Shown here: one piece after another, positions 1 through 11,360 of the stretch
Position numbering within the stretch: position 1 is the first letter of the stretch
Layout: the number at the start of each line of letters is the position of its first letter
Position numbers and translations under genes: made by a program
Assembly (NCBI GenBank): GCA_000708835.1
Contig: DF236957.1
Span: forward strand, 372,001 to 436,000
DNA from: Klebsormidium nitens
Taxonomy: Eukaryota > Plantae > Klebsormidiophyceae
Direction: 5' to 3'
DNA length: 64,000 nt
The notes under the pieces: generated by a model
Seen by the model: the letters and a program-made list of their open reading frames with translations, nothing else
The model's database searches: none
What the model was told of the DNA's origin: nothing

Positions 1-299
1 TTTAGCAAGCGCCAGATGTCAGCACGAGAAGCTGTTTGAGCTTCTCACGTGGATGTACCACGTGAAGAGGGCATCCAGCTCATGCCAGCTGAACCTGAGA
101 AAAGGCGTTCAGAAAGAGAGCGTTTCCAGCAGAAGTATAGCTAGAGCAAGCGAGAGAACTTGGTTGCGTTAAGAAATTACAGCAGGTGGTTTTGAAGAGC
201 ATGTTGAGAGCGTCTGTCTCGCCGTGTTTGTTTGAGATTTACTGTTCGTGAACAAACTGAATGTTGTTATGTTTCTGTGAGAGGATGATGATAGCTTCA

Positions 300-1500
300 T
301 GATATTGGGTAGCCCCGTTTTTGCCCTTTGAAACACACTCGCCTCTGCATGTAAGGCAAAACGTCTGAATTTGAAATGCAGCCCGAATTGGAAGACGCCT
401 ACGTCCCCAACAGTTTTGTGTCTTGTGAATCAAAGCAGGCTTGCCTACTGTGGTTTTGAATTTTTGCAGTTCTCAAGGTGGACACCTCTGACGGAGCTTG
501 GCAGCAAGTGGTAAGAACCTTATGCATTAGCTGGTTCATTCCTATGAGCCTGACCATCTTGCCGCTTCAAGGGTTTTTCAAAAGTTTTTCCTTCTTATTA
601 CTCAGCCCTTTCAAAATAAAGGCATCGCGCGTGAGGGCTTGCACAGTCAGGATGAAAGCAGGACTTGGAGGTTTACCTTTCTAAGCAGGCTTTCTTCTAA
701 CACGTACTTTCTTAGCATGCTCTCTTTTCAAGAATTTAAAACAGCCTGAAGAAGACGGTCTAAATCCAACAGCGCCTCAACTTTTTCACAGGAGCCTTAC
801 CTGGGGCTTTCAATTGGACCTTGTAGACTTGACACTTAGGAACCGACTCTACTCGGAATCGCATCTGTCCCAGAGCTGCCATACCCAAAGTATGAGTGCC
901 CCTATTGTGGACCAATTGTCATGTGGCAGATTTCTTGGACAGCAATCTCTAGGCTGCCCCTGGAGAAAAGTTTTCACTTGATCCCAGATTTTATGATGCT
1001 TGTGCAGGATATATCATTACACTTGAACCTGAAAGGCACTGCTGGGCACTTGGACAATGGCATCTGAAGCGCCGCTGTAAGTATTCAATGCGTTCCTCCT
1101 TGTTTCATGCTGACCTGTCCACACTGCCAACCCAGGTTATTCTGGCACAAACACTCCCTCCGCCACAAGATTCTATTTGAGCTTCAAACCAAACCTTCTG
1201 AATCATGAGCTATGGAAGAGATGTACGTTTGTGCACTCTCTTGAAGTTCCCTTGTAGTCCATGTATGTGGCTGCCAATTACTGAGTCCTTGAACATTCCC
1301 CTGTACCTTGCAGCAACGCCCTAGCAGTATCCTTGTAAGTCAAGCTCCTGCCACCATTGTCCCCTCTCAATATATACACAGCGTGTCCTTCAGTCCTCCT
1401 TCTCGCATGCTCCTCATAACCCCCACTTTTTCAACTAGACATACTAGAATGGGGCGTGAAGATATATCTTTGTTCTCACTCTTTCTAAGGCCCCTGACCA
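300..1500 (-). mobile_element. Degenerate non-LTR retrotransposon (LINE/L1-like) remnant, AP-endonuclease region of ORF2
   Basis: One minus-strand frame with many stops gives, in the expected order, KIYLHAP/RCVY..GQWWQEL, LQGNF (cf. GDFN), QKVW (cf. DxW), ITW and ERIEYL (cf. RIDY), then a SKSCFH linker-like motif. Motif recall only; boundaries approximate. Confidence 0.45.
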
Positions 1501-1689
1501 CGGTCCTAGGGCCGGGCTCCTTAATCGCCAAACCCTCCGTCCGGTTGAATCAATCCGTACCTAGTTCCTCACTGTGACTGGACTCTTGTACACCCTTGGC
1601 AGGCTGGCCATTGAACTGCCAACCTCCATTTCACTCTCTCCGAATCTGCTTCAATTTTGATTGGGTAATTTTACCCCTTTCTGTTACAG

Positions 1690-4600
1690 GCCACCGACGG
1701 CTGTCCTAGGGCTGGGTCACTTGGGCGCCAAAGTTGCCGAGCGCCTCGTCAATGAGAAGTTTCCGGTGGCGGTATGGAACAGGAGCACAGAGAAAGCGAA
1801 GTACCTGGGGGAGATGGGGGCAAAGGTGGGCAGCCGACTGGAGTGAAGCTTCTCGAGTTTCGTACGTTTCACAAACATTCTGTAGGTTCTCGGATATTGT
1901 GAACATTCGGACCGCTTCTTCGTTCTGAGCGCCAGAGACTCGGTCTCTTTCTGGCAGTATAACTTTCTTATCTGTCGCATGGGAAATATCGTAACAAGTG
2001 CCATCTAGATGTCACGAGTAGTTTAGAGGATTCGATTCCGGCGAGATCTTTTTGAGGACCGAGCAGGTAGGAACAGGGAGTTCGTTGATTGTGTACATCC
2101 TTCGGCACTCGCCATACTTGTCGTGCCATTTGAAGCTCAGAGTTTTGATCCGAATGGACAACTCCGATCACTTCACTATCATAAACTTCAGACTTTGACA
2201 CGTCAGATCTGGCGCGTCGCTGCGCCGTTGGCTGGGGCGGGCTAACTGCACAGAAGAAGGATGCAAAATATGTTTCCAATCGCAGGTCGCACAAATTCCG
2301 GCTGAAGCGCTCTCCCAGTCCGAGATCATCATCCTCATGCTGGTCGACGCGGCAGCCATACGGCAGACGCTGTTGTCCGACGAGAGCCAAAAGCATCTGA
2401 ACAAAAAAACCGTAAGCTGTTTGTCGCATGTCGGCGTCAGACTTATTTCGTGTACCGTTACTTTCTTGATTCACCTATAAGACAGCGGTTCTGTGCAAGT
2501 ATCCGGAGAGCGAAAATCAGACATTGCAGAGCAGATGACTTTGACCTCCACGTGCCTTCCTGCGTATTGTCGCTTTTCTCTCTTGCAAAAAATGGCTTTC
2601 TCTGGTCGCTACTTGTCCACTTCCGTATCCCTCCGACGTTCGTTCCTCGTCAAACTTATGTCGCTTTCTTTCTCATCGTCGACTTTCATTGGGTCGACGT
2701 ACGGGCAGAGGTCCTTGTGTGTGTGAATAAGAAAAATCGTTTTGAATCTGTTCAGTGTCGTTTGAAAACGTAGCGCTTCTCTTTTGCAGATTGTTCAGAT
2801 GGGCACGATCAGCGCCGGGGAGAGCCGCGAGCTGGAGGCGACCGTGACGAAGCTTGGGGCGCGATGGGTTGAAGCACCGGTGAGAACGCTGTCTCTCCTG
2901 TTTTGTCATCTCTCTCGTGTTAGTCATACAATAGCTCTTGAAAGCGTTCACTTCGAAGCTCCGGTGAGAACGCTCTCCTGGTCTGTCATCTTTTTCGTGT
3001 TAATTCGAAAAAGAATAGTTCTTGAAAGCGTTCACTTCGAAGCACCGGTAAGAACGCGAGCTCTCTCCTAGTCTGTCATCTCTCTCTCGTGAAAATAACA
3101 TGGCTCTTGAAAGCTTTCAGTTCAGGGCGACCAACGGAAGAACAGACGGCGCTGCCCAAACGAAACTTTGAGCTGCAAAGCTGTGATACGTCGTCGACGT
3201 GCTGTGAAGGACCCCGTACGATCCTGACAAATCTTCGACCTGTGAAGATCGCTGCCGAGGCTCTGCCCGTGCCCTGCTTGAAGCTAGGCAGGACAAACAA
3301 ACGTCCTATCCGTTGCACATCGTTCCGTTCCGAAGTGTTCCGTTACTGCTCGACTGCTTTCCGTTCCGATAGACGAAGGTTGACTTGAACGCGGCGCGCT
3401 CGTAGACTAGCAAGCACGGGCTATCCTCGTCCCAGAGTCTCTCAAGAGAGAGGGAGTCACAGCCCCTGTCAGGCTGGGTAGAAAAACGAAGCCGAGCGTT
3501 TCCTGTTGAATATTGCCAGGACCGCTCTGGGCAGATTTGAGTCCGGTAGTATTACTGCCGTAACTGTTTGGCGTCAACACCGCCACTAACGCCATAAGCA
3601 GGTGCGAAGCTCATAAGCCGAGACGCTCCGGGCACCCTGTGGGGTGGAAACGGAACCAAACTTGGAAAACGGAACCCGCTAATCGCGACACTGGTCTTCG
3701 CTTCGAAATTGGACTTTCAAATTAAGCTCATTCTTTGAAGCCCTTCGCAGGTGCAAGGCTCCAAAGCCGAGGCGCTCGCGGGCACGCTGCAGGTCATGAT
3801 CGGAGCGGAAACGGAACCGGAACCGGAATCAGCCATTGGGCGGGTGCTCGCAGCTCTGGGGTCCGTCGAGTACTTTGGCAAAGTGGGCGCGGCGTCGACT
3901 GTGAAGCTGGCGATCAACCATCTGCTGATCGCAGAGACGGCGGCGTTTTCGGCGTCGCTAGGACTGGTGCGCGCGAATGGCGTGGACGTGTCGAGGTTCA
4001 TGGTGAGCTTGACTTTCGGAAGAACTTGGTCGCCCCTACTTAAAGGAAACAGAGCTTGTTACTTGATTTTTTTGACAGAGAAGTTCCTGTGTTTACGGTT
4101 GTTATCCCGTGGTTATCTGCTTTCATTGCGCGAGGGGAAAGACCGCCATCAAGGAGGTCTATTGACTTGTAGCGCTTTTGCTTCGATCGGTGCGCTCAGA
4201 TAAACGTCGCTAGACCTGGCAGAATCTGACTCATTCCTTGGAAGCAAAGCTTTCCGGTACTGTGCATAGATGCGGAAAAGACGGCGAGCAACCATCGTGG
4301 GCGTTCGATGACGTGCTTTGAACCGCCTGGATTCGATTTTTGGTTTTTGACGGGATGGGCGCTTAGGGACTGATATGTCATCGTTGGGGTCAGGGATTGC
4401 TCTGCGCTTTCCGCGCAATGCTGGTCACTCCAGGACTCAGCCGTTGTGCGTACTCCCGATGTGATGTCTCGTTCAAGCGACATGTAGATTGTCGTAGCAG
4501 GGCCCTGAGCGCAACACTTTGCCGTTCAATGATTACGGGTTCACTTTCTTTGGTTGCCCTGAGTGTTTGCAGAATCCTGTTCTGCATAATATGACCCTGA

Positions 4601-6226
4601 AACAAGCAGCGAAACTTGCTAGAGCCTCACGGTTGCGGTGCAAGACATGGCCTGTAGCGCATTGTGTTGAGGACAACAACCCAACTTGTCAGCAAAGCTG
4701 TCACCAGTAGCAAGCAAAACAGAGGTAGTCTCTCCGGATAGCTCACAACCTTGTCGAATGCGGTGTGCAGGACACGCTCCGTGGCAGCGCGCTGTATGCG
4801 AAGCAGTTCGACAAGAAGCTGCAAAAGATGATGGACCGGATCCACAGCAACCCCAACTCCACCACCCGGCTCTTCCTAAAGGTGACTTCCCTCGTTTCCT
4901 GATGACCCACTTTTGACTTGCTTTTCTGAAACTATGATGTTTTACCCGCTCCAAGGCTACTTTCTGGTTGATTCCAACACAGTTGACTTCGTTTTGGTTG
5001 TCATGAGTCTGATTAGTTTTCACACACTTGAAAGTCTGTACCGGGGTTGCTCGTCTTTCCGACGTTCAAACGCTCTCCACTTTGAGAGCGCGTTTGTCAA
5101 GTAAGTCAGTTTTGAATCAAAGCGTCGTGGGGCCGGCCGCCAATTACTTTGAGCGATCCTTTGTGCCACATTCGCTTTCTTTCTACGCGGTCTTACACGC
5201 TACCGAAAATTATGCGAGCGACGTATCGAACACCCGCCCGGTCTGCAGGGTCACCGGAAAGGGACCGAACCTCCGACACCCTCGCCTTTGTCTGGGCTGA
5301 CCTTGTTCGCTTCACTTCAGCATGTTTGCTGCCACCGATCATTTTGAAACGCCGAGACACGGGGCGAAATCTAACAAGTGGAGCGTTAACGGCTCCGGGT
5401 GACTGAAGAGGCTGACAAGTGCTGCTGCACGTGTCCAGGTATTTTCTGCTGGGAACAAGTGCAGCCTCCAGTTTGTCGCTCCTGGATCGTCGACGGAAGT
5501 GAACTGACTGACTCTGTTGACAACATTTGAGTAACTCTGCATGTTGAACGGCTGCAGGATCTCGATCTGTTCGTCGCAGACGCGGAAGCTGCGAATCTAA
5601 AAGCGGACGGCGCAAAGGTAAGTCGGTCGCAGATTCGGCCAGAAGAATCGGAGGTTTTTGTTGAGGAGAGCGGTAGGTGCCTCACGCCTTTCGAAGCGAA
5701 GGAAGTTGTGGGCTTGGTTTCGAGCGATGTAAGTTGTCGGCTTGGTTTGAGTCTCGGCTAGCTTTCCTTCGACTTGATTCAGTCGGGGACCAATTATGTG
5801 CTTGCCTCCGTCAAACGGCTTCCATTTCTGGGCTCTTTAAGGCTGTCTTCTGATCAAGTCCTGCATTTAACTACGATTATCCTCAATAAGCCGCCAGCGA
5901 AAGTCGCATCTATTTTCACATGCTCTGGTTAGAGGCCCGGTCTGTTAGCTTTGGCGAAAGACTCAGGCTTCGAACCGCAGGTATTTACTGCACTTGTACT
6001 TGTATTGGATCCAACAACGGTTCGCCGCTTGACTGAGTACCAGCTTTAATTTGACCATTTTGTTTTGGAAGTTGATGTGCAGTCCTTATTGTTGTTTATG
6101 TGGGAGCAATTCACCAGGTTTGCTGGCTGCCTTGTGCAGAGCCTTCACGGGGTCATCCAAGCGGCCATAGACAAAGGGTTTGGCGACACGGACTATTCGG
6201 CAATCTACGAAGGGGTTAATCCTTGA
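1690..6226 (+). CDS. NAD(P)-dependent beta-hydroxyacid dehydrogenase (3-hydroxyisobutyrate/6PGD NAD-binding, GLYR-like), cyanobacterial-type; 5' exon not found in window
   Basis: Exons 1690-1825, 2286-2411, 2790-2879, 3751-4002, 4771-4881, 5558-5617, 6140-6226; all GT-AG and phase-consistent. Motifs GLGHLG..VAVWNRS, IVQMGTI, WVEAPVQGSKAEA, VKLAINHL (catalytic Lys), LRGSALYAKQFDKKL, DYSAIYEGVNP*. Confidence 0.88.
2871..3125 (+). repeat. Three tandem ~84-bp units that duplicate the exon-3 end and splice donor
   Basis: GAAGC(A/T)CCG|GT(G/A)AGAACGC recurs with donor G at 2880, 2964 and 3048, exactly 84 bp apart; each unit ends TTGAAAGC(G/T)TTCA(C/G)TTC. Confidence 0.9.
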
Positions 6227-7658
6227 GCGGCGTCGCAAGTTGTCATATAGCCAGCATCATTTTTGACCTTAGAACGATCGCTACTAACAATGCTACTCAG
6301 CAAAAATCTATTTATGTGATCAGATACAGTCCACTTATTCGTTTGTGGTTGATAGGTCGATTTGTAGAAATGACGGCCCAATCATAAAGCGGAGTTTGAC
6401 AAGGGATCCCTTCCATAATCTTCGGTTACCGAAGGTCAATCAACCTGATGCATTTCGGAAATTGGTGCATGCCGAGTTGCGGAGTCGACGGATTAACCTT
6501 CTTCCGAACTCTCTAAACAAGTCCTTCAGCAAAGTCCTCGTTTCTCAGGCCCCTCAGCGCCGCAAAGTCTTACACGTTGAGAGCTAGTAGCTAAAGTGGC
6601 CGTCCACGGACCCGGCTACTTGATGATCAGACATAGTTCGTAGTGTTACCAGTTCTCAAAGCACGAGTTTGATGCACAAGTGCGTCGGTGCAGCGATCAT
6701 ATAGGCTGTAAGGCGATTTTGTTGATATTGCAGCCTGCAACTTACTAAAACGTTGCAGATTGTTCCGTCTCATGTATGCCTTTCAAATGGACTCATAAAT
6801 GGTCTACGAACTTGTCCTTCCAACGCCAACCATTTTGATATGCAGTCGCGCTGATCGCGAGTTCAATCACATGATGACTAGCTACTTTTGAAAGCGAGCC
6901 TGACGGTGGATCACACATGCACACCGCATGCCAGTGTCCGACAATTCTTGTATGTGCCGCACAATGCACTGACTCATTGTATTAGCTGAAAATATGGATT
7001 ACAATCCGAAATTGTTGCACTCACATGATTACTACCTAGGTATTCAAGGAACGTGATTTGACCGATGCATATGTGTGTATGACTTATGATTCAGGTTGTG
7101 CCAGCATGTGCTCTGGATATATACGTATCACTACCGTACTCATGCAGTTGATCTCGATCATTCAGCAACATCACCGGAATTATCGGAGATGATCATGCAG
7201 CGCAATCGGCAAAATCTATATAGTGAGGCATGATCGATTACATCTTTGTGCGTCTATGGTAGGTATTAGTTGTGCCCCGCGGCCATGCATTCATGCGATT
7301 AGACGAGGATCATACATATGCAGCTAATGGGAAGATGTTGCCTACATGTATGCCTTGCCACAATCATGTCATTCATGAAACAAGGAATTGTTGAAAACAT
7401 GCAACGCACACGTCTAAAATCACTAGAAAACAATTTATAGCGACAGACTGATTGCACTATGGAATGCCTTGCAAACGCATGTGTGTCCGACTTGACTTGA
7501 CTAGTCTACGCTTGAGCCTGCTTGGAAATCCGTTCTGGGCCCGCTCTACCATGTTACTGAATCATCATCCGCCATGCCAACTCTTACACTTCGGTGAACC
7601 CCAGAATACCAACTCCTAACCAAGCGCCCTCACCAATGTCTCCCTCTCTCCTAGTATT

Positions 7659-8930
7659 TTACACGCCTGGCTCACAGAATGCCTTGAACCAACTATTGAC
7701 GGTGGCAGTCTTTCCCAGCAATCGCGTCCGCGTCTCGCGATGGTCATGCCCAAGCCAAGGCGCGTCGAGCGGCACAATACATCGGAAGAAGGTCACGGAG
7801 CACTGAGCGCCGCAAAATTTCTTCCCCTCATGTCTTTCGTCCTCAAGGATGAGGATTTTTGACTTGAGCATACTCTTTGGCACTCGTAGGCCGCAACTGC
7901 GGATCAAAGCCGCAAAATGGGGCCTAATGACAACTTCGCCCCGACAGACAATGAGCCGCTCCAAATCCGGACACTTGCGAGACAGGTCAGGAATTGCCAG
8001 TGTCCCCCTCTCTGGAGTAGGGGGGTTTGTGGAGAATGGGCTCTCATAAAGCAAAAGATGGCGGAGCTTAGGACAATGATGATATGCATCTTGGAGCATG
8101 CATTCAGACGCCTCCTTGCCCCATGAGAAGATCTGCAATTTCTCAAGGTGTCCCAGAACAAGTGCAGGTTGAGAGGCCCCCACAAAGTACTCGTCGTACA
8201 TACATTGTACCTTCAAGGAACGGAGACTGCTGAGGCAGTCTGGCAGATAGTCGGACACGTCCGCTAGATTGTCAAAGCCTGTGTTCAATGCAAACTCCAA
8301 GCTAAGGAGACTGTTCTCAGATTCCCCTATGGGGCCCGCCCATGACCTTGGTGTCATCTTTTGCCAAGTGCCTCGAAGGAGCAGACTTTCCAGTTTGGGA
8401 GTGGCCCCTACGATGCATTTTATGATGGTATCAAACGTACAGCAGCTCCCCAGATCAACCTCCAATGATAATAGAGACTCTTCTGATGCAGCAAAAAGCT
8501 TAACTAGCTTTTCGAGATCGTACTCAGACCTGATTTTGGCCACCGCCTTGGTCCATTGCAACTTGGACACGGCAGGGAAAAGAGCTTCCCACGCGTCTCT
8601 TGCCACTACTAACTGAGATAGCTTTGGCCGAAGGCTGAGCTCTTCTGAGAGAGCCTTGCGAACACCCACTCCTCGAAGCGGCTTGCCTTGTTTCTCAGAG
8701 CCCTCATTGTCACTGCCGCCAAGCAGCAGGGTCTTGGAGCACCGCCGCAAACAGCCTCGAAAAGCTTTGTTGACCCTCTCCAGCTGTGTCAAGCACGATG
8801 GATCGTCTGCCACAGCTTTCTGCAAAATGCAGTCCAGGAGCTCCGGGCAGAGCAGCTCAAAATTGCTGTCAGTGGCTTGGTCATTCAACAGGCTCGCCCT
8901 CCTCCTCATGTGCGCTTGCCTACCCGCCAT
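7659..8930 (-). CDS. Intronless F-box/LRR (RNI-like) protein, 423 aa
   Basis: Uninterrupted ORF. N-terminal F-box-like FELLCPELLDCILQKAV..LTQLERVNKAFR, followed by LxxLxL repeats (PKLESLLLRG, LSSLRSLKVQC, CPKLRHLLL, CPDLERLIV). Confidence 0.72.
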   Translation of the reverse strand: MAGRQAHMRRRASLLNDQATDSNFELLCPELLDCILQKAVADDPSCLTQLERVNKAFRGCLRRCSKTLLLGGSDNEGSEKQGKPLRGVGVRKALSEELSLRPKLSQLVVARDAWEALFPAVSKLQWTKAVAKIRSEYDLEKLVKLFAASEESLLSLEVDLGSCCTFDTIIKCIVGATPKLESLLLRGTWQKMTPRSWAGPIGESENSLLSLEFALNTGFDNLADVSDYLPDCLSSLRSLKVQCMYDEYFVGASQPALVLGHLEKLQIFSWGKEASECMLQDAYHHCPKLRHLLLYESPFSTNPPTPERGTLAIPDLSRKCPDLERLIVCRGEVVIRPHFAALIRSCGLRVPKSMLKSKILILEDERHEGKKFCGAQCSVTFFRCIVPLDAPWLGHDHRETRTRLLGKTATVNSWFKAFCEPGV

Positions 8931-9104
8931 TCTTTGGTGAGAAACTCCAGACTACTCAGACTCATGCCAAATTGCCAATGGCAAATGGCGTGAATTCTGA
9001 GCTAGCCAGATCTAGCCTGGGCAGTGGGAAATAGTAAATCGGCCCCATAATTCCGGGAATTTGTTGTATGGGACGGCCAGAGCAAAACCTTATTCCGGAC
9101 CTAA

Positions 9105-9124
9105 NNNNNNNNNNNNNNNNNNNN
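9105..9124. other. Assembly gap (20 N)
   Basis: Run of N in the sequence. Confidence 1.
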
Positions 9125-10679
9125 TGTCGCTCATAAGACCCTCCGCTTGGAAGCCTCTAGCAGTCCCCCGATGGGGGCCCTGAATCTCAGAATGCCCCCA
9201 AGCCCCCCCCCCCTCCACCCTGCGTCACCACTGAAGCCTCGAGCCCCCCCCCCCAAATAAATATGGGGGGGTACCAGGTACAAAATGACGGTACCCTAAC
9301 AAGTTCAGTCGGTAGGTTGACAACACGGTGTCCGGCATAGGTTTCCACCAATCCGGAATTGGAACTTCTGAAAGTTATGACGTGCTCGGTAGACTGCTTC
9401 TTTATGTATGTCCGAAACAACAATTCTGCATAATACTGGTCCGAGTTTGCAAAATTCCGGAATTTAAGGGCCGACGGCGATAGTGGATATACTCTAGCTT
9501 GCAGACGGAATTCTGCTGCATGAGACTCAGAGACCCTCATATCCCGGCGGAAGCAGGAATGGGCGGAACCCAGGCCTTGGCTAGCTCAAAATTCTCCTCT
9601 GACTCTGAGTCGTCAACATCAACATCTGTCAATTCGAGCAGAAGGTGTGCAGCAAAAAGCTGAAGTGGGGCGCATAATATTGGAGCTTTTCTCACCACCG
9701 GGAGACGGGGCATGGCAGCTCCAAGGAGTACAACGTAAGCCGTCAAAGTCGCCATGAATCGTGCTAGGCGGCAGCCGTTGGGCAGCTTGATTACGCAGCT
9801 CATGCGAGTGATCAGACGAGCCTCCACCACTCCTTCCCCATGGCTGCAGGGGTCATTAACAGATATCAAACTCATTGAAAATGAGCTGAGAGCTGTCAGA
9901 AACGTGAGCAATTCGGCACTCTGTCAAGATGCTGTCAGCCCAAGCACCCGTCACACTGTGATCGCTCAGGTATACCCTTTCCTCTTGGGGAGCAAACGTT
10001 TGTGTGGTTGGTTTCACGATGCAGCAGCCGCACGTCGCTGGATGAGTACGGCATCAACAGTGAGCAACTGCTGCATTTGCGAGCTTAAACTTTTCTTGCA
10101 CTCGTATAGGCGATCTGAGATGGAGGAGGGGGCGGCGCTGTGACTTTGAGCTGAATCTGAAAATGATTGTCAAGCTATCTGATTCACACGTGTGCAGAAT
10201 TTCTTGAGTACCTCCAACATAAGCCCTCACTGTGACAAATCCGGACAAGCAGTGCCACACAAGGTGGACCATGAAATTAAGGAACCTCAGAACGGCAGGG
10301 GTCACTTCAACAAGGATGTCAGAAAAGGACTGTCAAACTAAGAGGATATCAACATGGAGAGACAAAAAGCGAGAAGAGTCTAGCTCATGATGTGACCCTG
10401 GCATTGACGGTTAGCCTCCATTGATCCAAAACCACATAATTGATAGCCTCTGGTTGAAGTGGTACCCCATCACTGGGCTAAGAATGTCAACTTTTTTGTA
10501 CACTTGAAACTGATATTGGGTCCTCTAAGCAGACCTTTTGGCAATCCTCAACATGCCGCGTTGAGCCAGATCTGAGAAACCATCTAGTTCTTAACGTTTC
10601 TTGCCATAGGTTGGATCATGACTGTAGCTGTATATTTACCATTGGTGGTTTACAAAACTGATGTCAATACCTATTGCAG

Positions 10680-11360
10680 GTTGGCGTGGTTGAAGCATCA
10701 TCTGAGACAACAAAAGTTTGCACCACATGTAAGATCGAAAAGAAGTCGCGGGACTTCCACATCATGTCGACCAGTCCCGACGGGCGCCACTTTTTGTGTA
10801 GAGCATGTAAGGAAGAGTATGAGGCAAGGCATCGAGGTGTGCAGTTCCATTTGGGTCTGTCTCTGGAGGCGTCTAAGGAGATGGGAAAGATTTGTCGTCA
10901 GTGTGGAGTGAGAAAAGAAGCTCGTGATTTTACGTTGAACAAGAGAGCAAAAGATGGACTGTCGCGGAAGTGCAGGGCTTGCAACGCCGAGTGCATTGCC
11001 CTTTTTAGGAGCAGAGCACAGAGGGAAGTCCCTCCGGAGCAGGTCTGTCGAGTCTGCTGCCTGCTGAAGCCAAAGACCGATTTTGTGAAGGATGCCACGT
11101 TGATCTCGGGTTTGATGCGCAGCTGTAAAGCCTGTGAGCGAGAGCGTCATAGGCAGGATTACGATAGGCGGCGGAGATTCTCGTACGGCAGTCATTTCGA
11201 GATCGAAACAAAGAGGTGCGTAATCTGCAATGAAACCAAAGACCGAAGCGAATTTGCCCGAAGGAGGATGGTACTGGACGGTTTGCAGGCTGTCTGCAGG
11301 GCTTGTGTCAAGGTCGATAAGCAGAAGAGAAAAGACTCAAAAGCTGCAAATCTATCATGA
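10680..11360 (+). CDS. Terminal exon encoding four tandem C4 zinc-ribbon repeats (KxCxxC-x3-K-x4-F-x7-(D/S)G-x4-CxxC); upstream exons unresolved
   Basis: Acceptor TTGCAG at 10679, open frame to TGA at 11360. Four repeats: KVCTTC..CRAC, KICRQC..CRAC, QVCRVC..CKAC, KRCVIC..CRAC. Exon-like segments (e.g. 9850-9903) lie upstream but could not be phased. Confidence 0.7.
   Translation, partial: VGVVEASSETTKVCTTCKIEKKSRDFHIMSTSPDGRHFLCRACKEEYEARHRGVQFHLGLSLEASKEMGKICRQCGVRKEARDFTLNKRAKDGLSRKCRACNAECIALFRSRAQREVPPEQVCRVCCLLKPKTDFVKDATLISGLMRSCKACERERHRQDYDRRRRFSYGSHFEIETKRCVICNETKDRSEFARRRMVLDGLQAVCRACVKVDKQKRKDSKAANLS

Noticed and set aside
1300-1400. LRGDNGG resembling the Copia integrase LRSDNGGE motif
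   Set aside because: No following PQQNGVAER motif; another frame gives a more coherent LINE endonuclease motif series.
9187-10305. Minus-strand ORFs of 83-124 aa next to the gap
   Set aside because: No recognisable domain; + strand splice signals suggest these are shadows of upstream exons of the Zn-ribbon gene, which I could not phase.
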